Assembly (NCBI GenBank): GCA_017613015.1
Contig: JAGAEQ010000029.1
Location: 2,551 to 66,550, forward strand
Direction of reading: 5' to 3'
DNA from: Bacteroidales bacterium
GTDB lineage: Bacteria > Bacteroidota > Bacteroidia > Bacteroidales > WCHB1-69
Length of the DNA stretch: 64,000 nt
How positions within the stretch are numbered: the first letter of the stretch is position 1; every line of letters starts with the position of its first letter. The position numbers and the translations under genes are program-made. Under the pieces are notes generated by a model. The model was not told where the DNA came from, ran no database searches, and was given only the letters and a program-made list of their open reading frames with translations. This document shows, piece after piece, positions 26,416-38,367 of the stretch.

Positions 26416-27906
26416 ATGATTACCTTTTGTATCGCTTTAGTGTTGCTTGTGTTGGGTTATCTGCTGTATGGCAGACTGATGGAACGCATGGTGGGGGCGG
26501 ACCCCAAGCGTCCGACTCCGGCTGTGTCCATGGCTGACGGCGTGGACTACGTACCCATGAAACCCTGGAGAATCTTCCTTATCCAGTTTTTGAACATTGC
26601 GGGGGTGGGGCCCATTGTGGGCGCCATCATGGGAGCGCAGTTCGGCACCGCCTCCTTCCTGTGGATTGTGTTCGGCAGCATTTTCGCCGGTGCGGTGCAT
26701 GACTTCCTTTCCGGTTTCATGTCGCTCCGCCACGATGGCTGCTCCCTGCCGGAGCTTCACGGCAGGTACCTTGGCAACGGCATCAAGCAGTTTATGCGGT
26801 ATTTCACCGTCATACTGATGATTCTGGTGGGAGCCATGTTTGTAAAGATTCCGGCCACGCTGCTTTTTGAGAATTACTCAAAACCTTGGGTTATTTCTAT
26901 CGGCGACTGGCAAATCACATGGCAGATATGGATTTGGCCAGTGATTATTTTCACCTATTACTTACTTGCCACCATGCTCCCCATCGACAAACTGATAGGG
27001 CGTATCTACCCCGTTTTCGGCATATTGCTGCTTTTGATGGCGGTGTTTGTGATGTGCGCCTTTTTCTTCAGGCCGGAAGTGCACCTTACCGAAGTGTGGG
27101 AGGGATTTTCTAACCAATATCCCGAACAGGAAAGAAGCGCCAATCCCATATTCCCGATGATGTTCGTGAGCATAGCCTGCGGCGCCATCTCGGGATTCCA
27201 CGCCACGCAGTCGCCCCTGATGGCACGCTGCATGGTTAACGAAAAACAGGCACGTCCCATTTTCTACGGAGCCATGATAGCCGAGGGCGTTGTGGCCCTG
27301 ATATGGGCCGCTGCCGCTACCTATTTCTTCCACGACAAAGCCGACCTCTGCGCCGGTCGAAGTGGCGATGCCATGGTAGGCGTGATAGCCAATGCCTGGT
27401 TCACCCCCGTATTGGCCGTCGTTACCGTGCTTGGGGTGATAGCCGCCGCCGTAACTTCAGGCGACACCGCCCTGCGTTCGGCACGACTGATAGTGGCTGA
27501 CATCTTCCACATCGACCAAAAGCCCATCTACAAACGTTTCCTCGTGGCTTTGCCCGTGTTCCTGCTTGCAGGTGCCATACTCGTTTACACTTTCGTGGAT
27601 GCCGACGGTTTCCAGACCATCTGGCGCTATTTCGCCTGGGCCAACCAGCTGCTGGCCACGGTGACGCTTTATGCCATCACCGTGTACCTGTTCCGGAAGG
27701 GAAAAATTTGGTGGCTGACCCTGCTGCCCGCCCTGTTTATGACCATGGTGTGCGGCACTTACATTTTCATCGCTCCGGTAGGCTTCCACTTGCAGCCTGC
27801 TGTCGCCTACAGCCTGAGCGGACTGCTCACCTTGGCGGTGGCTGTGCTCTGCCTTTGCCATTTCAAAAAATACAAAAAAAAACATCCCTTATGCACCGAA
27901 GAATAA
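26416..27906 (+). CDS. cstA: Carbon starvation protein CstA-family transporter
   Basis: Polytopic membrane protein with FLIQFLNIAGVGPIVGAIMGAQFG and HDFLSG motifs typical of CstA. Confidence 0.85.
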   Translation: MITFCIALVLLVLGYLLYGRLMERMVGADPKRPTPAVSMADGVDYVPMKPWRIFLIQFLNIAGVGPIVGAIMGAQFGTASFLWIVFGSIFAGAVHDFLSGFMSLRHDGCSLPELHGRYLGNGIKQFMRYFTVILMILVGAMFVKIPATLLFENYSKPWVISIGDWQITWQIWIWPVIIFTYYLLATMLPIDKLIGRIYPVFGILLLLMAVFVMCAFFFRPEVHLTEVWEGFSNQYPEQERSANPIFPMMFVSIACGAISGFHATQSPLMARCMVNEKQARPIFYGAMIAEGVVALIWAAAATYFFHDKADLCAGRSGDAMVGVIANAWFTPVLAVVTVLGVIAAAVTSGDTALRSARLIVADIFHIDQKPIYKRFLVALPVFLLAGAILVYTFVDADGFQTIWRYFAWANQLLATVTLYAITVYLFRKGKIWWLTLLPALFMTMVCGTYIFIAPVGFHLQPAVAYSLSGLLTLAVAVLCLCHFKKYKKKHPLCTEE

Positions 27907-28883
27907 TCCTGCTGACCCTTGGGCTGCTGGCTATGTTCCGCCCGCAGGCGCAAGTGATTGTGACGGACACGCTGGCAGCGGAGCCGCTTGCGCCGGCGGA
28001 CAGTCTGCCACCCATTCCCGACAGTGCGGTTTTTATTGAAAAAACCGGCGAAATCCCGGCCATCCGCCACTACGGCACGGACTGGAACAACACCAACACG
28101 CGGGCGGCCTATTCCTTTGACCAGAGCCGCACCTACGTGCTGCCTTTAGATTCGGCGCACTTTGTGTTCCCTGCGCAGGCCGGAGCGGTGATCTCCCCTT
28201 ACGGGCCGCGCAGCGGACGCATGCACACGGGAACGGACTACAAGCAAAAGCTCGGAGATCCGATCTATGCCGCTTGGGACGGGGTGGTCCGCATGGCCAA
28301 AAACGGCTATTACGGTTACGGAAACATTGTGGTTATACGCCACGCGAACGGTTTGGAGACCTATTACGCCCATTTGTCCAAGGTCATGGTGCGGCCCAAC
28401 CAGAAAGTCAAGGCGGGCGACCAGATAGGAACCGCCGGACGGACGGGGAGGGCCACCACGGAGCACCTGCATTTCGAGACCCGTTTCCTTTACCAGTCCT
28501 TCAATTCGGCCACCATCATCGATTACGCCAGCCGCCGTCTGGCAACCGACACCTTGATGGTGGTGAAGGGCAAGTTCTATACGGTGGAGGCTTATCGTCA
28601 GCGGTCATCCACCGCCACCTTGAACATTCCCATCACGGAGGCGGTGGAATCCGACTCCCTGCTTTCAAGCTTGCAGGATTCGCTTTCGGTGCCGCTCGCC
28701 AAGCCCCTGCCTCCCGTCAAACAAATCACCACCGCCAGACCTTCCGTGCATGTGGTGCGTTCCGGGGACACGCTGTACGGCATTGCCCGCCGTTACCACA
28801 CCACAGTCGCCAAACTGTGTCAGATCAATCACATCAAGGAGGACGGCATTCTCAGTCTGGGACAAAAAATCAAACTCCCGTAA
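27891..28883 (+). CDS. M23 family metallopeptidase with C-terminal LysM domain
   Basis: ATG 27891 (MHRRIILLTLGLLAMFRPQAQ signal) overlaps cstA by 16 nt. HTGTDY ... HLHFE zinc ligands. LysM: HVVRSGDTLYGIARRYHTTVAKLCQINHI. Confidence 0.88.
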   Translation: MHRRIILLTLGLLAMFRPQAQVIVTDTLAAEPLAPADSLPPIPDSAVFIEKTGEIPAIRHYGTDWNNTNTRAAYSFDQSRTYVLPLDSAHFVFPAQAGAVISPYGPRSGRMHTGTDYKQKLGDPIYAAWDGVVRMAKNGYYGYGNIVVIRHANGLETYYAHLSKVMVRPNQKVKAGDQIGTAGRTGRATTEHLHFETRFLYQSFNSATIIDYASRRLATDTLMVVKGKFYTVEAYRQRSSTATLNIPITEAVESDSLLSSLQDSLSVPLAKPLPPVKQITTARPSVHVVRSGDTLYGIARRYHTTVAKLCQINHIKEDGILSLGQKIKLP

Positions 28884-28884
28884 C

Positions 28885-29613
28885 ATGATGCGGAAAGTCG
28901 TATTTTTCACGCTGTGTCTGCTGTTGTGCGCCGGATTCTCCGTGAATGCGCAGCGTTTCAAGGGCGAGCTGATTGCCGGGTTCAACCTGAGCCAGGTGGA
29001 CGGGGATGAAGTGTACGGCTACACCAAATTCGGGGCCAACATGGGACTGGGGGTCATGCTGCCTTTCAGTTTCAAGGGAAAGGAGGACAAAAACTGGGCA
29101 ATCAGCATGGAAATGCTGTGGCACCAGAAGGGTTCCAAACTTAAAAACCATACCAACACCAATTTCTGCGACACCTGCCCCAAGGAAATTCCCTGTGACT
29201 CCACCATCAAATACCGTCTGGACATGGATTATGTGTCCCTGCCTGTCATGCTGCACTATACGGACCCTTACACCGGATGGACCTTCGGCGTGGGCCTCTC
29301 GTACAACAGGCTTTTTCGCATCCGGGAAATTGAGAATGGGGTGCAGTCCGAGACATCGCTATTGTCAGAAACCTACAAATTGCAGGATGTCAGCATGCTG
29401 GCCGATGTGTACTTTCCCATTTACCATCAGTTGAAGTTTAATTTCCGCTACGAATACTCGCTGTATCCCATCCGAATCCGCACTTTCAACAAGAAAAATG
29501 GCATACCGGTGGATCCGTATGATCGCAAGCAGTATCACAATATGCTTACTTTCCGATTGATTTATATGTTTAACGAGCCTGCTGAGGAGGCGATGGAAAA
29601 ACGCAAGCCATGA
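28885..29613 (+). CDS. Porin-family outer-membrane beta-barrel protein
   Basis: ATG 28885 (MMRKVVFFTLCLLLCAGFSVNAQ), 1 nt after the M23 stop. Alternating amphipathic strands, C-terminal aromatic-rich end. Confidence 0.7.
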   Translation: MMRKVVFFTLCLLLCAGFSVNAQRFKGELIAGFNLSQVDGDEVYGYTKFGANMGLGVMLPFSFKGKEDKNWAISMEMLWHQKGSKLKNHTNTNFCDTCPKEIPCDSTIKYRLDMDYVSLPVMLHYTDPYTGWTFGVGLSYNRLFRIREIENGVQSETSLLSETYKLQDVSMLADVYFPIYHQLKFNFRYEYSLYPIRIRTFNKKNGIPVDPYDRKQYHNMLTFRLIYMFNEPAEEAMEKRKP

Positions 29614-30608
29614 AGATACTGATTATCCGTCTCAGCAGCATAGGGGACATCGTGCTGACCACGCCGGTAGTGCGCTGTCTGAAACAGCAGACATCCGCCA
29701 CCCTGCATTTTCTGTGCAAGCAGTCCATGAAAGCCGTTGTGGAAACCAATCCCCACATTGACAGCATACACACTTTCCGCAAGCACGACCCCGGTCTTTT
29801 GGAAAGATTGAAGGCGGAAAATTTTGATTTTGTGGTTGATTTACAGAAAAATCACGTCTCCCGCCGTTTGACTCGCCGCCTGTCCGTGCCTCACGCCACT
29901 TTCCCCAAATGGAATTTCCGCAAGCTGCTTTTGGTGGTTTTCAAATGGAACCTTCTGCCTGACAAGCACATCGTGGACCGGTATTTCGAGGCGGTTTCCG
30001 CTTTGAACGTGCGGAACGACCAACAGGGACTGGATTTTTATGTGGACGCGGACGATGAGCGTGAACTGGCCGCTTTCGCCTTGCCGCAGGCTTATGTCGC
30101 CGTGGCGGTGGGCAGCCGCCATGCCACCAAGCAGCTTCCGGCGGATATGCTGGAAAACATTGTGGCCCAGAGCAAACTGCCTATGGTCCTGCTCGGGGAC
30201 ACTGCGGACGACACCACGGCTTCCGCCCTTCACGCCCGCTATCCGGAAAAGACCTACAACCTCTGCGGACGTTTGTCGCTGCGGGCCTCTGCCGCCTGCG
30301 TGGCGCACGCGCAAACGGTACTGACCGGCGACACCGGCCTGATGCACATCGCCGCCGCATTCCACCGCCGCATTCTCTCCGTATGGGGAAACACCGTACC
30401 CGCTTTCGGCATGTATCCCTACCTTCCGCAGGATTCCGAGAAAAGCATCCTTTTGGAGAACACCCATTGCTGCTGCCGTCCCTGCTCCAAGCTCGGGTAT
30501 GCGCGCTGCCCGCTGAAACATTTCCGCTGCATGCGGGGAATCCCCGTGCAGGATATTGTCCATTCATTGAATGCCTATGAACCCCAATCCACAGAGCATC
30601 GCCATTGA
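29610..30608 (+). CDS. Glycosyltransferase family 9 (heptosyltransferase-like)
   Basis: MKILIIRLSSIGDIVLTTPVVRCLK start and TGDTGLMHIAAA motif. ATGA overlap with the upstream gene. Confidence 0.85.
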   Translation: MKILIIRLSSIGDIVLTTPVVRCLKQQTSATLHFLCKQSMKAVVETNPHIDSIHTFRKHDPGLLERLKAENFDFVVDLQKNHVSRRLTRRLSVPHATFPKWNFRKLLLVVFKWNLLPDKHIVDRYFEAVSALNVRNDQQGLDFYVDADDERELAAFALPQAYVAVAVGSRHATKQLPADMLENIVAQSKLPMVLLGDTADDTTASALHARYPEKTYNLCGRLSLRASAACVAHAQTVLTGDTGLMHIAAAFHRRILSVWGNTVPAFGMYPYLPQDSEKSILLENTHCCCRPCSKLGYARCPLKHFRCMRGIPVQDIVHSLNAYEPQSTEHRH

Positions 30609-31803
30609 GGCCTTCGATTACGCGCTACCGGAGGACCGTATCGCCAAATTCCCATTGGCGGAACGCGACGCATCCAAGCTGCTGGTATACCGTCAGGGCG
30701 CTTTCTCCGAAGCGTGTTTTGCCGGGCTCGCGGATTTCCTGCCGGAAGACAGCTTGCTGGTTTTCAACGACACCAAAGTGGTTTCGGCCCGGCTGCTTTT
30801 CCGCAAGGAAAGTGGATCCACCATAGAAATTTTCTGCTTGGAGCCTTGGGGGCTTCCTGTTGCCTCCGCCTTCGAGCAGCGGTCCGAAGTAAGGTGCAAA
30901 TGCCTGATAGGCAATAACCGAAGGTGGAAACAACCGGTTTTGGAGAAACGTTTTTCCCTCTCCGGAAAAGAGGTGTGCCTCTGTGCGGAACGGGAGGAGA
31001 AAATGCAGGACGCCTGGATTGTGCGCTTTCATTGGAATCAGGAGGTTTCCTTCGCCGAAATACTGGAGCATGCGGGCGAGGTGCCGCTTCCCCCTTACCT
31101 TCACCGGGCTGCGGAAGCGGGGGACAAGGAACGCTACCAGACCATTTACGCCCACTACCAAGGTTCCGTGGCCGCCCCGACAGCCGGGTTGCACTTCACA
31201 CCGCGCGTATTTGGAAGTTTGAAAGCCAAACAGATAGAGACAGAATACCTGACGCTGCACGTGGGGGCGGGGACCTTCAAGCCCGTTTCCTCCGAAACCA
31301 TAGGGGAGCATGAAATGCACGTGGAGCAGCTTTGGATTGCCAAAAAGAAATTGGAGCGCATTCTCCGTCACCAAGGGCGTCCGCTGATTGCCGTGGGCAC
31401 CACCACCACCCGCACCTTGGAATCGCTGTATTGGTTCGGGGTGCAGCTGACGGAAAACCCCGACACGGACGGCATGCACGTTTCCCAATGGGAACCCTAC
31501 CAAAAAGAATGCACGCTGCCTGCGGCGCAGGCCTTGGAGGCGGTGTTGGCCTACATGGAGCGCCACAACTTGGATTTTCTGGCAGGGGAGACCCGCCTGA
31601 TGATTGCGCCCCCTTACCGTTTCCGGCTGGTCCACGGTCTGGTGACCAATTTCCACCAGCCCAAAAGCACCCTGCTGCTGTTGGTTTCCGCCTTGATTGG
31701 CGACGCTTGGCGGGAAGGCTACCGCTACGCCTTGGAACACGGTTTCCGATTCCTGAGCTACGGGGATTCCTGTCTTTTTCTCCCGCAAAATATCAAAAAT
31801 TAA
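30571..31803 (+). CDS. queA: S-adenosylmethionine:tRNA ribosyltransferase-isomerase
   Basis: FDYALPEDRIAKFP, RYQTIYA, AAPTAGLHFT, GTTTTRTLES, NFHQPKSTLL. Start at ATG 30571 or 30577. Overlaps the GT9 gene by 38 or 32 nt. Confidence 0.92.
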   Translation: MPMNPNPQSIAIEAFDYALPEDRIAKFPLAERDASKLLVYRQGAFSEACFAGLADFLPEDSLLVFNDTKVVSARLLFRKESGSTIEIFCLEPWGLPVASAFEQRSEVRCKCLIGNNRRWKQPVLEKRFSLSGKEVCLCAEREEKMQDAWIVRFHWNQEVSFAEILEHAGEVPLPPYLHRAAEAGDKERYQTIYAHYQGSVAAPTAGLHFTPRVFGSLKAKQIETEYLTLHVGAGTFKPVSSETIGEHEMHVEQLWIAKKKLERILRHQGRPLIAVGTTTTRTLESLYWFGVQLTENPDTDGMHVSQWEPYQKECTLPAAQALEAVLAYMERHNLDFLAGETRLMIAPPYRFRLVHGLVTNFHQPKSTLLLLVSALIGDAWREGYRYALEHGFRFLSYGDSCLFLPQNIKN

Positions 31804-31851
31804 AGTAATAATTTAAATAATAATACGTAAAACAATAAAAACAAATACAAT

Positions 31852-32592
31852 ATGAAAAAAGAAAAAATCATTTTCGGAAGCATTTTAGGTGTGTGCATTG
31901 TGATTTCTGTCGGATTGGCCGCCTGGTCGTTCTACCAGTCCAAAGGACCCAAACAGCAGATTTCCGTAGTGGGCATGACCCAGGAGGATTTCACCTCGGA
32001 CTTCATCGTTTGGGACTTCCAATTTTCCACACAAGCCTCTGACATTCAAGATGCAAACAAGCAAATCAAACGCCAGAGCCAAGTGGTGAGAAGCTACCTG
32101 AAAGCCCAGGGGGTCACAGACAAGGAAATGGTATTCCAGGCGGTGGACTGCACCCCCATGCACCGCTCCATCTACAACGAAAAGGGCAATTACACCGGCA
32201 GCGTGTTCGTCGGCTACCAGTTGCGGCAGTCGGTCAGCATTTCTTCCTCCGAAGTGGACAAAATCGAGAAAATCTCCCGGCAGGTGACCGATTTGCTGGA
32301 TTCCAACATCCAGATTGACGCCAGCAATCCGGAATACTATTACACCAAACTGGCGGACCTGAAAGTCAAGATGCTTGCCGACGCTTCCGACGACGCCCGC
32401 CTCCGTGCCGAAACCATCGCCAAACACGCGGGCGCCAAACTGGGCCGCCTGGATCAGGCCAACATGGGCGTTTTCCAAATCACGGCCCCCAACTCTTCTG
32501 ACGAGGACTACACCTGGGGCGGCGCCTTCAACACTTCCTCCAAGGAGAAACGGGCCACCATCAACATGCGCTTAACTTATCGTTTGAAATAA
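31852..32592 (+). CDS. SIMPL (DUF541) domain protein
   Basis: N-terminal TM anchor, then a SIMPL-like pattern (ISVVG..., QLRQSVSI, A..DA..RAE.IAKHAGAKLGRL). Confidence 0.75.
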   Translation: MKKEKIIFGSILGVCIVISVGLAAWSFYQSKGPKQQISVVGMTQEDFTSDFIVWDFQFSTQASDIQDANKQIKRQSQVVRSYLKAQGVTDKEMVFQAVDCTPMHRSIYNEKGNYTGSVFVGYQLRQSVSISSSEVDKIEKISRQVTDLLDSNIQIDASNPEYYYTKLADLKVKMLADASDDARLRAETIAKHAGAKLGRLDQANMGVFQITAPNSSDEDYTWGGAFNTSSKEKRATINMRLTYRLK

Positions 32593-32593
32593 C

Positions 32594-35224
32594 ATGCGTT
32601 TCCCACGGCTTTTTTCCGGATGCACAGGACGGGGCAGGGCGCTTGCGCTGCTATTTGTCGGATGGTCCTTCAGTCTTCTCGCCCAACCGGTCGGACCGCC
32701 ACCGAACTGGGGTGGAGGCCCTCCTCCCGGCGGCAGGCCCCCTATGGGCGAACACCGTCCGGGATGGCAGCAGCCGCAGCAGGCCAACCAGACCGCGCGG
32801 AAAAAGCTGAACCTGACGGGAGTGTACAAGGTTTCAGGCGTGCTGAAGGACAGCGTGAGCGGCAATCCCATCGCCTATGTGAACGTTGCACTGCTGAACC
32901 AAAAGGACAGCACCTTCGCCAAGGCCACCACCACCGATGAAAACGGCCGTTTCGAGCTGGCGAACCTGCCTTCCGGCAACTACATTTTCCGCGCCACCTT
33001 TGTGGGCTATCAAGCACATTTCGAACCCGTTACCGTCAAGAATAGCCACGTCTCCATAGGGGAGATCCGCATGCAGCCGAAAGCCCTCAAGCTCAAGGGG
33101 GTGTCAGTAAAGGCAGAACGCCCTATCTACAGCGTGGACGGGGAAAAGACGGTCTACAACGTCTCGGACGACCCTTCCATACAGACCGGCACCACCACCG
33201 ACGCCCTGCAAAACGCGCCCGGCGTGGAAGTGGACCTGGAAGGCAACGTCACCCTGAGGGGCGTGTCCTCGGTGGAAATCTGGATCAACGACAAACCTTC
33301 CAAACTGACGGCGGAAAACCTGAAAACCTATCTGGAAATACTGCCAGCCAACGCATTGGACCGCATTGAAACCATCACCAACCCCTCGGCCAAGTACGCC
33401 ACGGAGGCGGAAGCCGTCATCAACATCGTGACCACCGCCCACATCAAGAAAAACCATTTCATCAGCTTCGGCGCAAACGCCTCCACCCAGCCCAACGCCG
33501 GACCTTGGATGTCCTACGTGTGGGCCAATGAGAAATGGTCGATCAACCTGTATGACGGACTGCGCTATTCCTACAAGGAAAACGGCTCGGACGGCTATGC
33601 CATCCACCGCAAGGACGCGGCTTCGGGCACGGGTTTCGACACCACGTCCAAGGAATCCTATTCCTCGACCTCGGAGAGCCGGAGCTTCTCCAATTTCTTC
33701 TCCACCCACGTCAATTACGCCATCGACTCCATGACGGACCTTTCCATGGACATGTCGCTCAACGCCTCGAAAAACACCTCCTTGTCCGACCGTTGTGACG
33801 TGAGGGACGAGCGTTACGCGGCAGGCGGGCTCTACACCTACCTGACCTCCCGGGACAACACCTCCCAATCCATGGGCGGGTCGATGGGGGCGGACTACAC
33901 CCACAAATTCGACCGCAAGGGCCACAACCTGCGGCTGTCCGTCAATGGCAACCTGAACAACAGCCGCAACGACAACTACTATCTCCGCGACTACAGCACG
34001 GTGTATAACGACTTGGACCAGAACAAGTACTACGCTTCCAGCTCCGAATCCCGCAACATGAGCTTCCGGGCGAGGTACAACCGCCCCTACGGCCAAAAAG
34101 GGGAGTTTTCCTACGGCCTGGACGGGAACAGCAACTACGGGCAATCGCACTACGACCCGCTTTGCTACGACTCCCTGACCGCCGGATACACCATAGGGGA
34201 CACCCTGCGGCAATACGTCTCCACTTTCCACAACCAGTCCGCAGGCGGCGACGTCACCTGGACGCGGCGTTTCGGAAACTTCACCATGCAGCTGGGCATG
34301 GGGCTGCAACACAAGAGCAACAGCCAAAGCTATGAAAACATGTTCTTTCCGGACGACACCACCTACCATTTCCTCACCACCAACTCCTCCGTCCATTTGA
34401 GCTACCGCACTCCGTCCATGCACAATTTCAGCTTGAGCTACACCTTGCGCTCCCGCACCCCGGACGCCTCTTCCATGACCACTTTCCGCAACTACGGCGA
34501 AGACAGCTACAGCATGGGCAACCGCAAGCTGACGACCTCCTACACCCACAACGCCGAGGCCGGATGGACCCGCTTTTTCAACCGTTTCGGTTCCGTAGGG
34601 GTGGACGCCTACGGACGCTTCTCCACCCGGGAAATAGCCACGCTTTCCGACGTGACGGAAGATGCGGACCCCTATATCGGACGCATTGTCAATTACTCCA
34701 TGCCCTACAACATGGGCTCGACCTACCGTTACGGCAGCTCCATCCACGCCACCTACAGCCCGAGCGGATTCTTCAACCTGCGCTTCCACAGCAACATCTA
34801 CCACGCGGTCTACGATATGGACTACGCCAAACTGGGGAAGCATGTGCATACCGAAACCACCAGCTACACCCTGCGGCTGAACGGCTGGGCGAAACTGCTC
34901 AACCGCTACCAGATCCACGCCTCCGCCCGTTATTCCTCTCCGACAAAGACCCTTTTCTCGGAAAGCAAAGCCACGTATTCCATCAACTGCGGCTTACGCT
35001 CCGACTTCTTCAAACGGAAAATGTCCGTCTATGTCAATGTGCAGGACATCTTCAACTGGGGAAAGAAAGTGGGCAGCAGCAGCGGGTCGACCAATCCTTA
35101 TTATTTGACTTACAACACGAAAAAAACCTTAAACAGCCGCTACATAAGTGCGGGCCTGACCTTCCGCTTCGGCAAGATGGAGCTGGAGCGCAACGCCTCC
35201 CAAGATGGGGGAAACAACGAGTAA
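32594..35224 (+). CDS. Large outer-membrane beta-barrel protein with CarboxypepD_reg-like N-domain (TonB-dependent-receptor-like)
   Basis: ATG 1 nt after the SIMPL stop. Signal peptide, Pro/Gly-rich insert, VSGVLKDSVSGNPIAYVNVALL (carboxypeptidase-regulatory-like), plug-like segment (VDGEKTVYNV...QNAPGVEVD..GNVTLRG), a long Y/S/N-rich barrel, and terminal LTFRFG. Confidence 0.8.
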   Translation: MRFPRLFSGCTGRGRALALLFVGWSFSLLAQPVGPPPNWGGGPPPGGRPPMGEHRPGWQQPQQANQTARKKLNLTGVYKVSGVLKDSVSGNPIAYVNVALLNQKDSTFAKATTTDENGRFELANLPSGNYIFRATFVGYQAHFEPVTVKNSHVSIGEIRMQPKALKLKGVSVKAERPIYSVDGEKTVYNVSDDPSIQTGTTTDALQNAPGVEVDLEGNVTLRGVSSVEIWINDKPSKLTAENLKTYLEILPANALDRIETITNPSAKYATEAEAVINIVTTAHIKKNHFISFGANASTQPNAGPWMSYVWANEKWSINLYDGLRYSYKENGSDGYAIHRKDAASGTGFDTTSKESYSSTSESRSFSNFFSTHVNYAIDSMTDLSMDMSLNASKNTSLSDRCDVRDERYAAGGLYTYLTSRDNTSQSMGGSMGADYTHKFDRKGHNLRLSVNGNLNNSRNDNYYLRDYSTVYNDLDQNKYYASSSESRNMSFRARYNRPYGQKGEFSYGLDGNSNYGQSHYDPLCYDSLTAGYTIGDTLRQYVSTFHNQSAGGDVTWTRRFGNFTMQLGMGLQHKSNSQSYENMFFPDDTTYHFLTTNSSVHLSYRTPSMHNFSLSYTLRSRTPDASSMTTFRNYGEDSYSMGNRKLTTSYTHNAEAGWTRFFNRFGSVGVDAYGRFSTREIATLSDVTEDADPYIGRIVNYSMPYNMGSTYRYGSSIHATYSPSGFFNLRFHSNIYHAVYDMDYAKLGKHVHTETTSYTLRLNGWAKLLNRYQIHASARYSSPTKTLFSESKATYSINCGLRSDFFKRKMSVYVNVQDIFNWGKKVGSSSGSTNPYYLTYNTKKTLNSRYISAGLTFRFGKMELERNASQDGGNNE

Positions 35225-35310
35225 GTCAAGTGTAACACACAATGAATGAATTATATACAAAGAATTAAAAAATAATTTCCAAAAACAATAGAGTATAGGT
35301 TCATTTTATG

Positions 35311-35318
35311 TAATTTTG
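35311..35318 (+). promoter_or_regulatory. Bacteroidota -7 box (TAATTTTG) upstream of recQ
   Basis: TAnnTTTG match in the AT-rich 128-nt spacer, 35 nt upstream of ATG 35353. Confidence 0.4.
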
Positions 35319-35352
35319 CACAGATTGATTATTCATTTTTTTCGGTTTTAAA

Positions 35353-37570
<2,218 letters not shown>

Positions 37571-37596
37571 TGGTTTATCAGAAAAATAAGTAACAG

Positions 37597-38367
37597 ATGG
37601 AAATCAATTTGGAAAAACAGGAAGTGCCGATGTATGCAAGCCTTCCGACCGAAAACATTACACAGGACGAAAAAACCGAATCCACGGAGCCGGACACCAC
37701 GCCCGTCCCGGAGAAAACGGAAAGCTGCGGCTGCCAGACGCCACCCCGGAGGCCGCGCTGCTGCTGGGTGACCGTCGGCTTCATCGCCGCCTTTGCCGCC
37801 ATTATCGCGCTTTTCATACTGTTTTTCACCCAAAAGGGAGGCAATGCCAAGGAAAACAAGGCCTTGAATGCCCTGATGCAAAATGGGGAGACCCCTTACA
37901 TCCTGACCGTCAATAACGACTCCATCGTCGCGCAATTCGTGCTGGTGGACATACTGACCAAGGACTTGGAGGAGGAGACCACCCGTTACCAGAAAGAGCT
38001 ACAGTCCAAACAATCCGCACTGGAGGAGAAATACAGCAACTATCAGATCAATGTGCAGAACCAGGTGCTGACCAAAACGCAGATGCAGAACGCGGAGAAA
38101 CAGCTGACGCAGGAGGCCGCCGCGCTGAAGACCCTTCAGGAAAAATACGCCACCATTTTGGCCGGAAAGCAAGCCTCTGTGCAAAAGGAGATTGCGGATT
38201 CCATCATCAACGTGACGACCCGCATCAACGAAAAGAAATACCACGCCAAGTACGTGATGGCCACCTCGACCGGTTCCGCCCTGATTTACACCAGCCCGGA
38301 ATACGACATCACCGAAGAGGTCATTGCCGAACTGAACCGCACATACGGAAAGAGCCATGGGAACTAA
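37597..38367 (+). CDS. OmpH/Skp-like coiled-coil protein with N-terminal membrane anchor
   Basis: About 60-aa acidic/Cys-containing N-tail (ESCGCQTPPRRPRCCW), one TM helix (VTVGFIAAFAAIIALFILFF), then a Q/E/K-rich Skp-like helical region. Confidence 0.55.
   Translation: MEINLEKQEVPMYASLPTENITQDEKTESTEPDTTPVPEKTESCGCQTPPRRPRCCWVTVGFIAAFAAIIALFILFFTQKGGNAKENKALNALMQNGETPYILTVNNDSIVAQFVLVDILTKDLEEETTRYQKELQSKQSALEEKYSNYQINVQNQVLTKTQMQNAEKQLTQEAAALKTLQEKYATILAGKQASVQKEIADSIINVTTRINEKKYHAKYVMATSTGSALIYTSPEYDITEEVIAELNRTYGKSHGN

Noticed and set aside
26860-26970. AT-richer patches in cstA (about 39% G/C by my count over 26861-26970), dnaE (52031-52080), birA (3460-3510) and the ftsH periplasmic domain, considered as foreign inserts.
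   Set aside because: All are in frame and encode the expected homologous protein segments. They coincide with Lys/Ile/Tyr-rich or poorly conserved regions. Only the much sharper hisS patch is reported as a low-interest finding.
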